A stretch of 17,004 nt of DNA from Candidatus Margulisiibacteriota bacterium (GCA_034723395.1 JAYEOW010000017.1:1-17004), one strand, 5' to 3'; counted from the stretch's first letter, positions 1 to 7,347 are shown. Translations and numbers: made by a program. Notes: generated by a model not told the origin, from the letters alone.

Positions 1-1
1 C

Positions 2-94
2 TGGCGGCTCCTTAAAAAAGAGGAGATAAAAAGCTTCTATAAATTATACGGAGATAAAGAGAACGTCCCCATCCGGAGGCCCGAACCCCAATGA
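2..94 (+). CDS. 3' end of an unidentified upstream gene (partial)
   Basis: Frame starting at 2 is open (WRLLKKEEIKSFYKLYGDKENVPIRRPEPQ) and ends in TGA 92-94, overlapping the lpxC ATG (ATGA, typical of translational coupling). Product not recognisable. Confidence 0.55.
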   Translation, partial: WRLLKKEEIKSFYKLYGDKENVPIRRPEPQ

Positions 95-894
95 ACCAAA
101 AAACGATTAAAAAAGTCTTTAAGCTTGGCGGCGTCGGGATCCATTCCGGCAAAGGAGTTTCTATTTTGGTCTCCCCTGCCGACGACAATCACGGCATAAT
201 TTTTATTAAGGGCGGGGAGAAGATCCCCTCCATTTTAAAATCGGTCAACAAGACAAAGCGCGGCACAACGCTTGCGGGGATCGCAGTCGTCGAACACCTT
301 TTGGCGGCAGCATACGCATTGGGAATAGACAACCTAAATATCGAAGTTTCCGGAGATGAAATCCCAGCCATGGACGGAAGCGCCCTCCTTTTTACGGAGG
401 CATTCCTCTCATCGGGAATTAAAGAACAAAATAGCGAGAAAAACATCCTGTCAGTCAGCCGCCCGGACAGAGTTACAGATGGAAAAAACTTTGTTGAGGT
501 TCTCCCCTACCATGGATTTAAAATAAATTTTATGGTAAACTTTCCAGGGGTCGGCGAGCAAAATTTCTCATTTGACCTTAAAAGTGATTCATTTAAAAAT
601 GAGATCGCCCCGGCAAGAACTTTTGGCTATATGGAAGAGTACGAATTGCTCAAGGAGCAAGGGTTAGCGCTTGGCGCCAACATGGAAAATGCCCTTGTGC
701 TAGGGAAAGACGGCTATGTAAATACCCCGCGCTTTCCGGATGAGCCGGTTAGGCATAAAATCCTTGATCTAATCGGCGACCTTTCTCTGCTCGGACATCC
801 GATCGAGGCTGAGTTTAACGCCGTTCGGTCCGGCCACAAATTAAATACCGATTTAGTCCACCTTCTCCTGAAAATGGATTCGGCGGATAAATAA
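91..894 (+). CDS. lpxC: UDP-3-O-acyl-N-acetylglucosamine deacetylase
   Basis: N-terminal QKTI...GVGIHSG, VEHLLAA (Zn His), IPAMDGSA, EIAPARTFG, RHKILDLIGDL (HKxxD Zn motif) and SGH catalytic His. Confidence 0.97.
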   Translation: MNQKTIKKVFKLGGVGIHSGKGVSILVSPADDNHGIIFIKGGEKIPSILKSVNKTKRGTTLAGIAVVEHLLAAAYALGIDNLNIEVSGDEIPAMDGSALLFTEAFLSSGIKEQNSEKNILSVSRPDRVTDGKNFVEVLPYHGFKINFMVNFPGVGEQNFSFDLKSDSFKNEIAPARTFGYMEEYELLKEQGLALGANMENALVLGKDGYVNTPRFPDEPVRHKILDLIGDLSLLGHPIEAEFNAVRSGHKLNTDLVHLLLKMDSADK

Positions 895-909
895 GGAGGA
901 TTCCTGAAA

Positions 910-2190
910 ATGACCCAACTAGACATTAAAGAAATTGCAAAGCTAATCCCTCACCGTTATCCATTCCTATTGATAGATAAGGTTACCGATCTCGAAGAAG
1001 GAAAAAGGGCGGTTGCGATAAAAAACGTAACGATGAACGAGCCATTTTTCCAGGGACACTTCCCAAATCACCCGGTCATGCCCGGCGTCCTTATTTTAGA
1101 GGCGCTCGCCCAAGTGGGCGTAGTTATGGCCCTCCGCGTATCAGAAAATGAGGGGAAGCTTGTTTATTTTGCGGGGATGGATAAAGTCCGCTTCCGAAAA
1201 CCGGTTATTCCCGGAGACCAGCTCCGCCTGGAAGTTCAAACCGTTTGGACTAAAGGATCGCTTGGAAAAATGCATGGCCGAGCCTTTGTGGAACACGAAC
1301 TTGCCGCGGAAGGTGAATTCACCTTTTCTCTCGCCGATAGGGAGACGGGAGGGATGAAGATCCACCCAACCGCTCAGGTACATCCATCGGCAAGGCTAGG
1401 CCAGGGCGTTGAGATCGGCCCCGGCACAATAATTGGCCCCGATGTATCGATCGGCGATAAAACAAAAATAGGGGCGAACTGTTTGATCGCCCGATGGACG
1501 ACGATCGGAAAAGAGAATCAGCTCCACCAAGGCGTTACGATCGCCTCTCCCCCTCAGGATATCAAGTACAAAGGTGAAAAGGGAATGGTCGTTATCGGCG
1601 ACAAAAATATTATCCGCGAATTTGTCACTATCCATCTCCCATCCGGAGAAGGGAACAAGACTGAGATCGGCAACGAATGTTTTATTATGGTCCATGCCCA
1701 CATCCCCCATAACTGTAAGATAGGCAACCAGGTTATCATCGGCGGTTATGTCGGCCTTGCCGGATACACCCAGATCGAGGACCAGGCAATCATCGGAGGG
1801 ATGGCAGGCATCCACCAGTTTGTGCGCATCGGAAAGCTGGCAATGGTGGGCGCTCAATCCAAGGTGTTGCGTGATGTCCCCCCTTTCATGATCATCGACG
1901 GTAACCCGGCGCAGGTCCGCTCGGTAAACTCTATCGGGTTGCAACGCCGCGGGATCTCCAACGAGGCCCAAACCGAGATCAAGAAAGCTTTCAAGTTAAT
2001 CTACGAGTCCGGGTTAAATTCCCAGAAAGCTGCCGCAGAAATTAGAAAGCGTCTTCTCCCGCTCCCCGAAGCTGGACTGCTGGCAAGTTTTCTCGAGGAA
2101 GAGAGCAAGCGCGGCATCAGCAAAAAGACGGCGATTGAGGCAGAGGCGGAAGAGCTTGTCTTTCCTGAAATCCCGGAGCTCGGCATATGA
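910..2190 (+). CDS. fabZ-lpxA: Fusion of 3-hydroxyacyl-ACP dehydratase FabZ (about aa 1-143) and UDP-GlcNAc acyltransferase LpxA (from Met149, nt 1354)
   Basis: FabZ motifs: IPHRYPFLLID, KNVTMNEPFFQGHFP, PVMPGVLILEALAQ, FRKPVIPGDQL. LpxA motifs: IHPTAQVHPSA, hexapeptide repeats, PPQDIKY, IREFVTIH, HIPHNC, IHQFVRIG, DVPPF, NSIGLQRRG. One uninterrupted 426-aa frame. Confidence 0.93.
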   Translation: MTQLDIKEIAKLIPHRYPFLLIDKVTDLEEGKRAVAIKNVTMNEPFFQGHFPNHPVMPGVLILEALAQVGVVMALRVSENEGKLVYFAGMDKVRFRKPVIPGDQLRLEVQTVWTKGSLGKMHGRAFVEHELAAEGEFTFSLADRETGGMKIHPTAQVHPSARLGQGVEIGPGTIIGPDVSIGDKTKIGANCLIARWTTIGKENQLHQGVTIASPPQDIKYKGEKGMVVIGDKNIIREFVTIHLPSGEGNKTEIGNECFIMVHAHIPHNCKIGNQVIIGGYVGLAGYTQIEDQAIIGGMAGIHQFVRIGKLAMVGAQSKVLRDVPPFMIIDGNPAQVRSVNSIGLQRRGISNEAQTEIKKAFKLIYESGLNSQKAAAEIRKRLLPLPEAGLLASFLEEESKRGISKKTAIEAEAEELVFPEIPELGI

Positions 2191-3317
2191 AAAAGACTCG
2201 TCCTGAGCCGTGTCGAAGGGTCATGATTTCCGCCGGAGAGGTCTCCGGCGACGTTCACGGCACATATTTGGTCCGCGAATTAAAAAAACTAAAGCCAGAT
2301 CTTTACTTCTTCGGCATGGGGTCTGAGAAGTTATTGGCCGAGGGAGTTGATGTTAAATACGACATCACAAAACGCGGCACCATTGGGATATTCGAAGCGC
2401 TTCCAAATATTGCTCCTATCCTTCTGACCTACTTCAAACTTATCGCCCTAATGAAAAAAGAAAAGCCCGACCTTCTTTTGCTCATCGATTCTCAAGGGAT
2501 AAACATGCCGCTTGCCAAAGCAGCAAAAAAACTTGGAATTAAAACGGTTTACTATATCCCTCCCCAGGAATGGCTTTGGGGGACTTCTCGAGGCGTAAAA
2601 AAAGTTGTCAATAACGTCGATCAAATAATTTCTATTTTTGAAAAAGGGCACAATATTTATAAATCCGCGGGAGGAAGCTCGGTCTACTTTGGCCATCCTC
2701 TCGTCGATATTCTTGGCCCATTGCCCGCAAAGGTTAAAAATGGAGCGAATCCTGTCATCGCGCTTTGCCCGGGCAGTCGCACCCAGGAAATCAAGGGGTT
2801 GCTTCCGGTCTTATTAAAGGCGGGGAAAATCATTAAGCAAGAATATCCTAAAGCAGACTTCATTATCCCCGCCGCATCCACCAGTATGATCAAAAATATA
2901 TTTTCGCTAATTGGCGATTTTCGCCCCAAAGCGGTCGTCGGACAAACGTCTAAAATCCTTGCCGGCTCCGACTTAGCGATCTGTGCATCAGGGACAATTA
3001 ACCTTGAAGCCTCCATCCTGGGGGTTCCAAACATCATGGTTTATAAGTTATCCCCCCTCACCTATTTTATCGGAAAGCACATTTTAAAGATCGGGGGGAA
3101 GCTTCCCTACTTTAGTATGCCTAATTACATACTAAACAAAAAAGTTATTCCTGAGTTGTTGATGAAAGATGCAAATCCCGGCACAGTTGCCAATGAAGCT
3201 CTTTCAATCTTAAAAAATACCGCCCGCCAGCAAGAAATAAGAAATTCTTTTAAGAAGCTTAGAGGCCAGCTTGGTGAACCCGGCGTAATTTCCCGCTGTG
3301 CCCGCGCCATAATTTAA
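2187..3317 (+). CDS. lpxB: Lipid-A-disaccharide synthase
   Basis: ISAGEVSGDVHG, YYIPPQEWLW, GHPLVD, LCPGSRTQEI, ASGTINLE, MPNYIL. ATGA overlap with the fabZ-lpxA stop. Confidence 0.96.
   Translation: MKKTRPEPCRRVMISAGEVSGDVHGTYLVRELKKLKPDLYFFGMGSEKLLAEGVDVKYDITKRGTIGIFEALPNIAPILLTYFKLIALMKKEKPDLLLLIDSQGINMPLAKAAKKLGIKTVYYIPPQEWLWGTSRGVKKVVNNVDQIISIFEKGHNIYKSAGGSSVYFGHPLVDILGPLPAKVKNGANPVIALCPGSRTQEIKGLLPVLLKAGKIIKQEYPKADFIIPAASTSMIKNIFSLIGDFRPKAVVGQTSKILAGSDLAICASGTINLEASILGVPNIMVYKLSPLTYFIGKHILKIGGKLPYFSMPNYILNKKVIPELLMKDANPGTVANEALSILKNTARQQEIRNSFKKLRGQLGEPGVISRCARAII
2196..2220. repeat. REP-like imperfect palindrome inside the lpxB 5' end
   Basis: ACTCGTCCTGAGCCGTGTCGAAGGG. Its reverse complement CCCTTCGACACGGCTCAGG resembles the intergenic element at 10115-10133. 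Removing 2196-2219 gives a normal-looking MKKVMISAGE start. Confidence 0.6.
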
Positions 3318-3339
3318 TCTTTTTCTCTCCCCAAAAAAA

Positions 3340-3348
3340 TGTTATAAT
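3340..3348 (+). promoter_or_regulatory. Extended -10 sigma70 promoter (TGnTATAAT) upstream of the aminotransferase
   Basis: TGTTATAAT at 3340-3348, at the end of the non-coding gap after lpxB. Confidence 0.7.
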
Positions 3349-3358
3349 GTCCTTTCAT

Positions 3359-4465
3359 ATGGCAGTTCCGTTTTTTGATATTAATCGACAAAACATAGCG
3401 CTTAAGGTAGACCTCGATAAAGCTCTCTCTGCAGTCATTGAGAAGGGGCGTTTTATCCTTGGGGAAAATGTCACAAAGCTTGAAGAAGAGGTTGCTGCAT
3501 ATTGCGGGACAAAGTATGCTGTTGGAGTAGCCTCTGGCACCGACGCCCTTCATCTTTCGCTTAGGGCTTGCGGAATATGCCCAGGCGATGAAGTCATAAC
3601 TTCCCCTTTCACTTTTGTCGCGACCGCAGACGCGATTGCTTATTGCGGTGCGACTCCAGTTTTTGTTGATATAAAGCCAAATACATTTAATATCGATCCT
3701 CGTTTAGCCGAAAAAGCAATTACCGATAAAACCAAGGCAATATTACCTGTACATATTTATGGACAGGCGTGCGAAATGGATATTTTGGCGGAAATATGCA
3801 AAAAAAACGACCTTTTCCTGGTCGAGGATTCCGCTCAAGCAATTGGGGCTGAATATAACGGGAAAAAAGCCGGTTCTACTGGGGATATTAGCGGTTTTTC
3901 CTTCTTTCCTACCAAAAACCTGGGATGTTTCGGCGATGGAGGGATGGTAACCACTAATGATGACGCTCTTGCGAATGAGGTTCGTGTACTCAGGGGGCAT
4001 GGGAGCAGTAAAACCTATCACTACGATATTGTTGGCTATAATAGCCGCCTTGATGAACTTCAGGCAGCAGTTATCAGGGCCAAGCTTCCTCACCTGGACG
4101 CCTATTCGGCTGCGCGCAGGAAAAACGCAACTCTTTATCGAAAACAACTAAAAGAGGTTGATGAAATTACTCTTCCCCACGAAGATCCAAAGGCTAAGCA
4201 TGCTTATAACCAGTTTACAATCCGCGTCAAAGACCGCAACGAACTCTTTGAATTCCTTAAGGTTAAAGACGTTGGGAGAATGATATACTACCCCCTCTCC
4301 CTTCACCTGCAACCTGCCTTTAAAACGCTCGGCTACAAAGAAGGCAGCCTGCCAGAAAGCGAGGCCGCCCAATGTGAAGTTCTCTCTCTTCCCATCTTCC
4401 CCGAGCTAACCGAAAACGAGATCTTAGAAGCCTGCAAAGCAATTAAAGAGTTTTATAAAAAATGA
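3359..4465 (+). CDS. DegT/DnrJ/EryC1/StrS PLP aminotransferase, probable GnnB (UDP-3-keto-GlcNAc transaminase)
   Basis: VASGTDAL, SPFTFVAT, PVHIYGQ, EDSAQAIG, SFFPTKNLG (PLP Lys), GYNSRLDELQA, LSLPIFP. Start set at ATG 3359 (MAVPFFD) because the track's ATG 3347 overlaps the -10 box. The GnnB assignment is from gene context only. Confidence 0.9.
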   Translation: MAVPFFDINRQNIALKVDLDKALSAVIEKGRFILGENVTKLEEEVAAYCGTKYAVGVASGTDALHLSLRACGICPGDEVITSPFTFVATADAIAYCGATPVFVDIKPNTFNIDPRLAEKAITDKTKAILPVHIYGQACEMDILAEICKKNDLFLVEDSAQAIGAEYNGKKAGSTGDISGFSFFPTKNLGCFGDGGMVTTNDDALANEVRVLRGHGSSKTYHYDIVGYNSRLDELQAAVIRAKLPHLDAYSAARRKNATLYRKQLKEVDEITLPHEDPKAKHAYNQFTIRVKDRNELFEFLKVKDVGRMIYYPLSLHLQPAFKTLGYKEGSLPESEAAQCEVLSLPIFPELTENEILEACKAIKEFYKK

Positions 4466-5385
4466 TAAAAGGCCGTGGTTTAAAAATTGGGGTTGTTGGT
4501 CTGGGCTCAATGGGGAAACATCACGCGCGAATTCTTTCTACCCTTCCTGGAGTTACTTTAGCTGCCATTTCAGATACCGATCCAGAAAAGGCCAATGTCC
4601 TTGGTGAAAAATATTCCAGCCGCTTTTACAGTGATTATAAAGAGATCCTTCCGCTAGTTGATGCGGTCTCGATCGTTACTCCAACCTCAACGCATTTTGA
4701 AGTTGGTTCTTTCTTCCTAAATTCCGGCAAACATGTTTTGATCGAAAAACCTTTGGCCAAAAACTCGGAAGATGCAAAACGGCTCTATGAGCTTGCCGCA
4801 GAAAAAAACCTTGTCCTGTCCGTTGGCCACATCGAACGTTTTAACCCCGCCTTCCAGGAGCTCCGGCGGCTCATTCGAAAAGAAAAAATAATCGGCATTA
4901 ACATGCAGCGCTTTAGCCCTTTCCCGGAAAGAATTTCGGATGCGAATGTGGTCCAGGACATGATGATCCATGATCTAGATTTGCTGTTAAATCTTCTTCC
5001 AAAAAATGAAGTTGAAAGTATAAAATCGGAAGGGGAAAAAATTAAATCAAAAGATTTAGACAAGGTCTCCTCAACTATTTTTTTTGATAACGGCGTCGTT
5101 TCAAAAGTTGATGCAGATCGTGTTTTTGGCGTTATAATGCGAAAAATAATGGTTACAACTGACCGCGGATTATACGAAGCAGACCTCTTAAAAAAACAAG
5201 TTTATATCAGGGAACTGGTCAATCATGTCCCCAGTTCACACGTAGTTAAAAACGCTGACCAATTAACTCTCGAGCTCTCCGACTTTATAAAAGCGATCAA
5301 AAAAAATCTATCTCCGCGAGTTGCAGGAATAGATGGGTACAAAGCAATTAAACTTGCTGAGGAGGTAGAAAAATCATGCTCTTAA
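4462..5385 (+). CDS. Gfo/Idh/MocA NAD-dependent oxidoreductase, probable GnnA (UDP-GlcNAc 3-dehydrogenase)
   Basis: GVVGLGSMG Rossmann motif, HVLIEKP, VGHIERFNPA, DMMIHDLDL. ATGA overlap with the aminotransferase stop. The GnnA assignment is from gene context. Confidence 0.88.
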   Translation: MIKGRGLKIGVVGLGSMGKHHARILSTLPGVTLAAISDTDPEKANVLGEKYSSRFYSDYKEILPLVDAVSIVTPTSTHFEVGSFFLNSGKHVLIEKPLAKNSEDAKRLYELAAEKNLVLSVGHIERFNPAFQELRRLIRKEKIIGINMQRFSPFPERISDANVVQDMMIHDLDLLLNLLPKNEVESIKSEGEKIKSKDLDKVSSTIFFDNGVVSKVDADRVFGVIMRKIMVTTDRGLYEADLLKKQVYIRELVNHVPSSHVVKNADQLTLELSDFIKAIKKNLSPRVAGIDGYKAIKLAEEVEKSCS

Positions 5386-6425
5386 CCATCATATCTTTCC
5401 TTTTTGTTTTTACGGTGATCACCCTGGTTCATGAGTTTGGTCACTTATACTTTTCAAAAAAAGCGGGGATTCGGGTCCATGAGTTTGGGCTAGGTTTTGG
5501 CCCTACCCTTTTTTCTTTCAAAAAAAACAATACTACTTACAAAATTAACCTGCTTCCAATCTTGGGCTATGTTAAGATCGCGGGGATCGACGTTGAAGAT
5601 CCGCAAGAAAAAGAGACCCCCGAAAACGAAAAGTATTTTAACAAATCTCCTTTTGATAAGTTCAAATCAATTTCATCTGGCGCAATCATGAACCTTATTT
5701 TTGGTTTTATTATTTTTAGTTTGGTTTTTATGATCAGCGGATCTCCGGTTGGGATCTCAAACGAGATCTCAACGATCACCCCAGGATCTCCTGCGGCAAA
5801 AATTGGCATGCAAGCTGGCGATCGTTTAATTTCGATCAATGGTAAAGTTTATGAAGATCCCCAGGATGCTGTTAAATTTATCCATAAAAATTATGATAAA
5901 AAGATTACCCTAAAAATTAAACGCAGTGAAAAATTCTTAACGCTTAAAGCCATCCCAAAATATAATAAAAGGCTAAAGATAGGCCTGCTTGGCTTCTCGC
6001 TTAAGGCTGTTACCGAAAAGGTGAATCCACTTCAAGCGATCTGGATGGGACTCAAACAGACAGCTAGTCTTATTTTATTAATTCTTGTCCTCGTTGGGAA
6101 GCTCTTTAGTGGCCGGCTTGCGCTGGGAGATCTCGCCGGCCCGGTCGGCATCGCTCAAATAACCGGTCAGTTTGCTCACCAGGGGCCGATCTCGCTTCTC
6201 TACTTTATAGCTTTCTTTAGCGTTAACGTGGCAGTATTAAACCTGCTCCCGATTCCTGCCCTTGATGGAGGCCGGTTGGTTTTTGTCTTAATCGAAGCAA
6301 TTAGGAAAAAACCGATAAACATAGAAAGTGAGAATAAGGTTCACTCGATTGGGATGATTTTACTGCTTAGTTTACTTGCGATGCTTACTTTCAACGATAT
6401 TTTTCGTATTTTCTTTAAAAACTAA
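5376..6425 (+). CDS. rseP: Site-2 (M50) intramembrane Zn metalloprotease with one PDZ domain
   Basis: HEFGH (HExxH), EFGLGFGP, LPILGYVKI, PDZ segment PGSPAAKIGMQAGDRLISING, LAGPVGI, NLLPIPALDGG. Confidence 0.93.
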   Translation: MLLTIISFLFVFTVITLVHEFGHLYFSKKAGIRVHEFGLGFGPTLFSFKKNNTTYKINLLPILGYVKIAGIDVEDPQEKETPENEKYFNKSPFDKFKSISSGAIMNLIFGFIIFSLVFMISGSPVGISNEISTITPGSPAAKIGMQAGDRLISINGKVYEDPQDAVKFIHKNYDKKITLKIKRSEKFLTLKAIPKYNKRLKIGLLGFSLKAVTEKVNPLQAIWMGLKQTASLILLILVLVGKLFSGRLALGDLAGPVGIAQITGQFAHQGPISLLYFIAFFSVNVAVLNLLPIPALDGGRLVFVLIEAIRKKPINIESENKVHSIGMILLLSLLAMLTFNDIFRIFFKN

Positions 6426-7267
6426 GTGCCTTTAGCCGCTTTTAGGGTATTTTTAAGCAACATTGCGATCGTCATCGGTCCTACCCCTCGCGGAACTGGG
6501 GTAATATAGGCCGCATTCTCTTTAGCTCCATCAAAATCTACATCACCAACTAGCTTCTCTTTTAGCCGATTCATGCCAACATCGATCACAATTGCCCCTT
6601 TTTTTACCATATCTCCATGAATTATCCCGGGAGAACCAACAGAAGCAACCAAAATGTCGGCATTTTTGTATTTTTCCGCTAAATCTTGTGTTCTCGAGTG
6701 GCAAATAGTAACCGTTGCGTGCCTTTGGAGCAGCATTAAAGCAATTGGCTTCCCTACAATATTACTTCTTCCCACTACAACCGCATCCTTTCCTTTAATT
6801 TCAACTCCTGTGGATAAGATCAATTCTATTATTCCGCTAGGTGTACACGGAACAAACAACGGATCTTCTCCCTTTAAAAGCTTTCCCATATTCATCGGGT
6901 GAAGGCCATCAACATCCTTTTTAGGATCGATCTCGTTTAAAGCGGCAATCGAATCGAGCCCCTTTGGTAGCGGCAGCTGGACCAGTATCCCATGGACCGA
7001 TTTATCCTTATTTAATGTTTTTATTAGGTCAATTAGCTCATTTTGCTTAGTTTTTGATGATAATCGATGCGTTTCGCTTATAATTCCTGCTTTTTCGCAT
7101 GCCCTTTCTTTGTGTCTTACGTAGATCTGCGAGGCCGGATCTTCTCCCACCAAGACCACGCAAAGTTTCGGGGTTACTCCCTTCTCCCTCTTCAGTTTAT
7201 CAACATCAACCGCCACCCCTTCTCTTATCTTCTCTGCGAGCCCTTTCCCATCAATTATCTTTGCCAT
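6422..7267 (-). CDS. folD: Methylenetetrahydrofolate dehydrogenase/cyclohydrolase
   Basis: IIDGK, YVRHK (YxxxK), HGILVQLPLP, KDVDGLHP, PCTP, VGRSNIVGKP, TPVPRGVGPMT. Confidence 0.97.
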   Translation of the reverse strand: MAKIIDGKGLAEKIREGVAVDVDKLKREKGVTPKLCVVLVGEDPASQIYVRHKERACEKAGIISETHRLSSKTKQNELIDLIKTLNKDKSVHGILVQLPLPKGLDSIAALNEIDPKKDVDGLHPMNMGKLLKGEDPLFVPCTPSGIIELILSTGVEIKGKDAVVVGRSNIVGKPIALMLLQRHATVTICHSRTQDLAEKYKNADILVASVGSPGIIHGDMVKKGAIVIDVGMNRLKEKLVGDVDFDGAKENAAYITPVPRGVGPMTIAMLLKNTLKAAKGT

Positions 7268-7270
7268 AAG

Positions 7271-7292
7271 TTATCCACACTCCTTATCCACA
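7271..7292. promoter_or_regulatory. Two tandem perfect DnaA boxes upstream of folD
   Basis: TTATCCACA at 7271-7279 and at 7284-7292. Confidence 0.85.
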
Positions 7293-7307
7293 CCCATCTA
7301 ATTTTTA

Positions 7308-7330
7308 CCCTCCGAAGCTTTAGCGAAAGG
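7308..7330. repeat. Short REP-like hairpin element
   Basis: CCCTCCGAAGCTTTAGCGAAAGG (CCT...GCTTTAGC...AGG). A partial relative, TCCGCCGAAGC, lies at 8747-8757. Confidence 0.45.
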
Positions 7331-7331
7331 A

Positions 7332-7347
7332 TGTTTCACGTGAAACA
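7332..7347. promoter_or_regulatory. parS centromere site (ParB binding)
   Basis: TGTTTCACGTGAAACA is a perfect consensus match and extends to a 22-bp perfect palindrome at 7329-7350. Confidence 0.95.

Noticed and set aside
1396..1971. 191-aa antisense ORF and the other short overlapping ORFs in the track (e.g. 7980-8498, 16299-16712)
   Set aside because: These are shadows of well-supported genes with no recognisable motifs. 16299-16712 is an alternative frame inside gyrA.
3347..3358. Longer start (MSFH) for the aminotransferase
   Set aside because: This ATG overlaps the TATAAT box, and family members typically begin at the M-x-VPF-x-D position.
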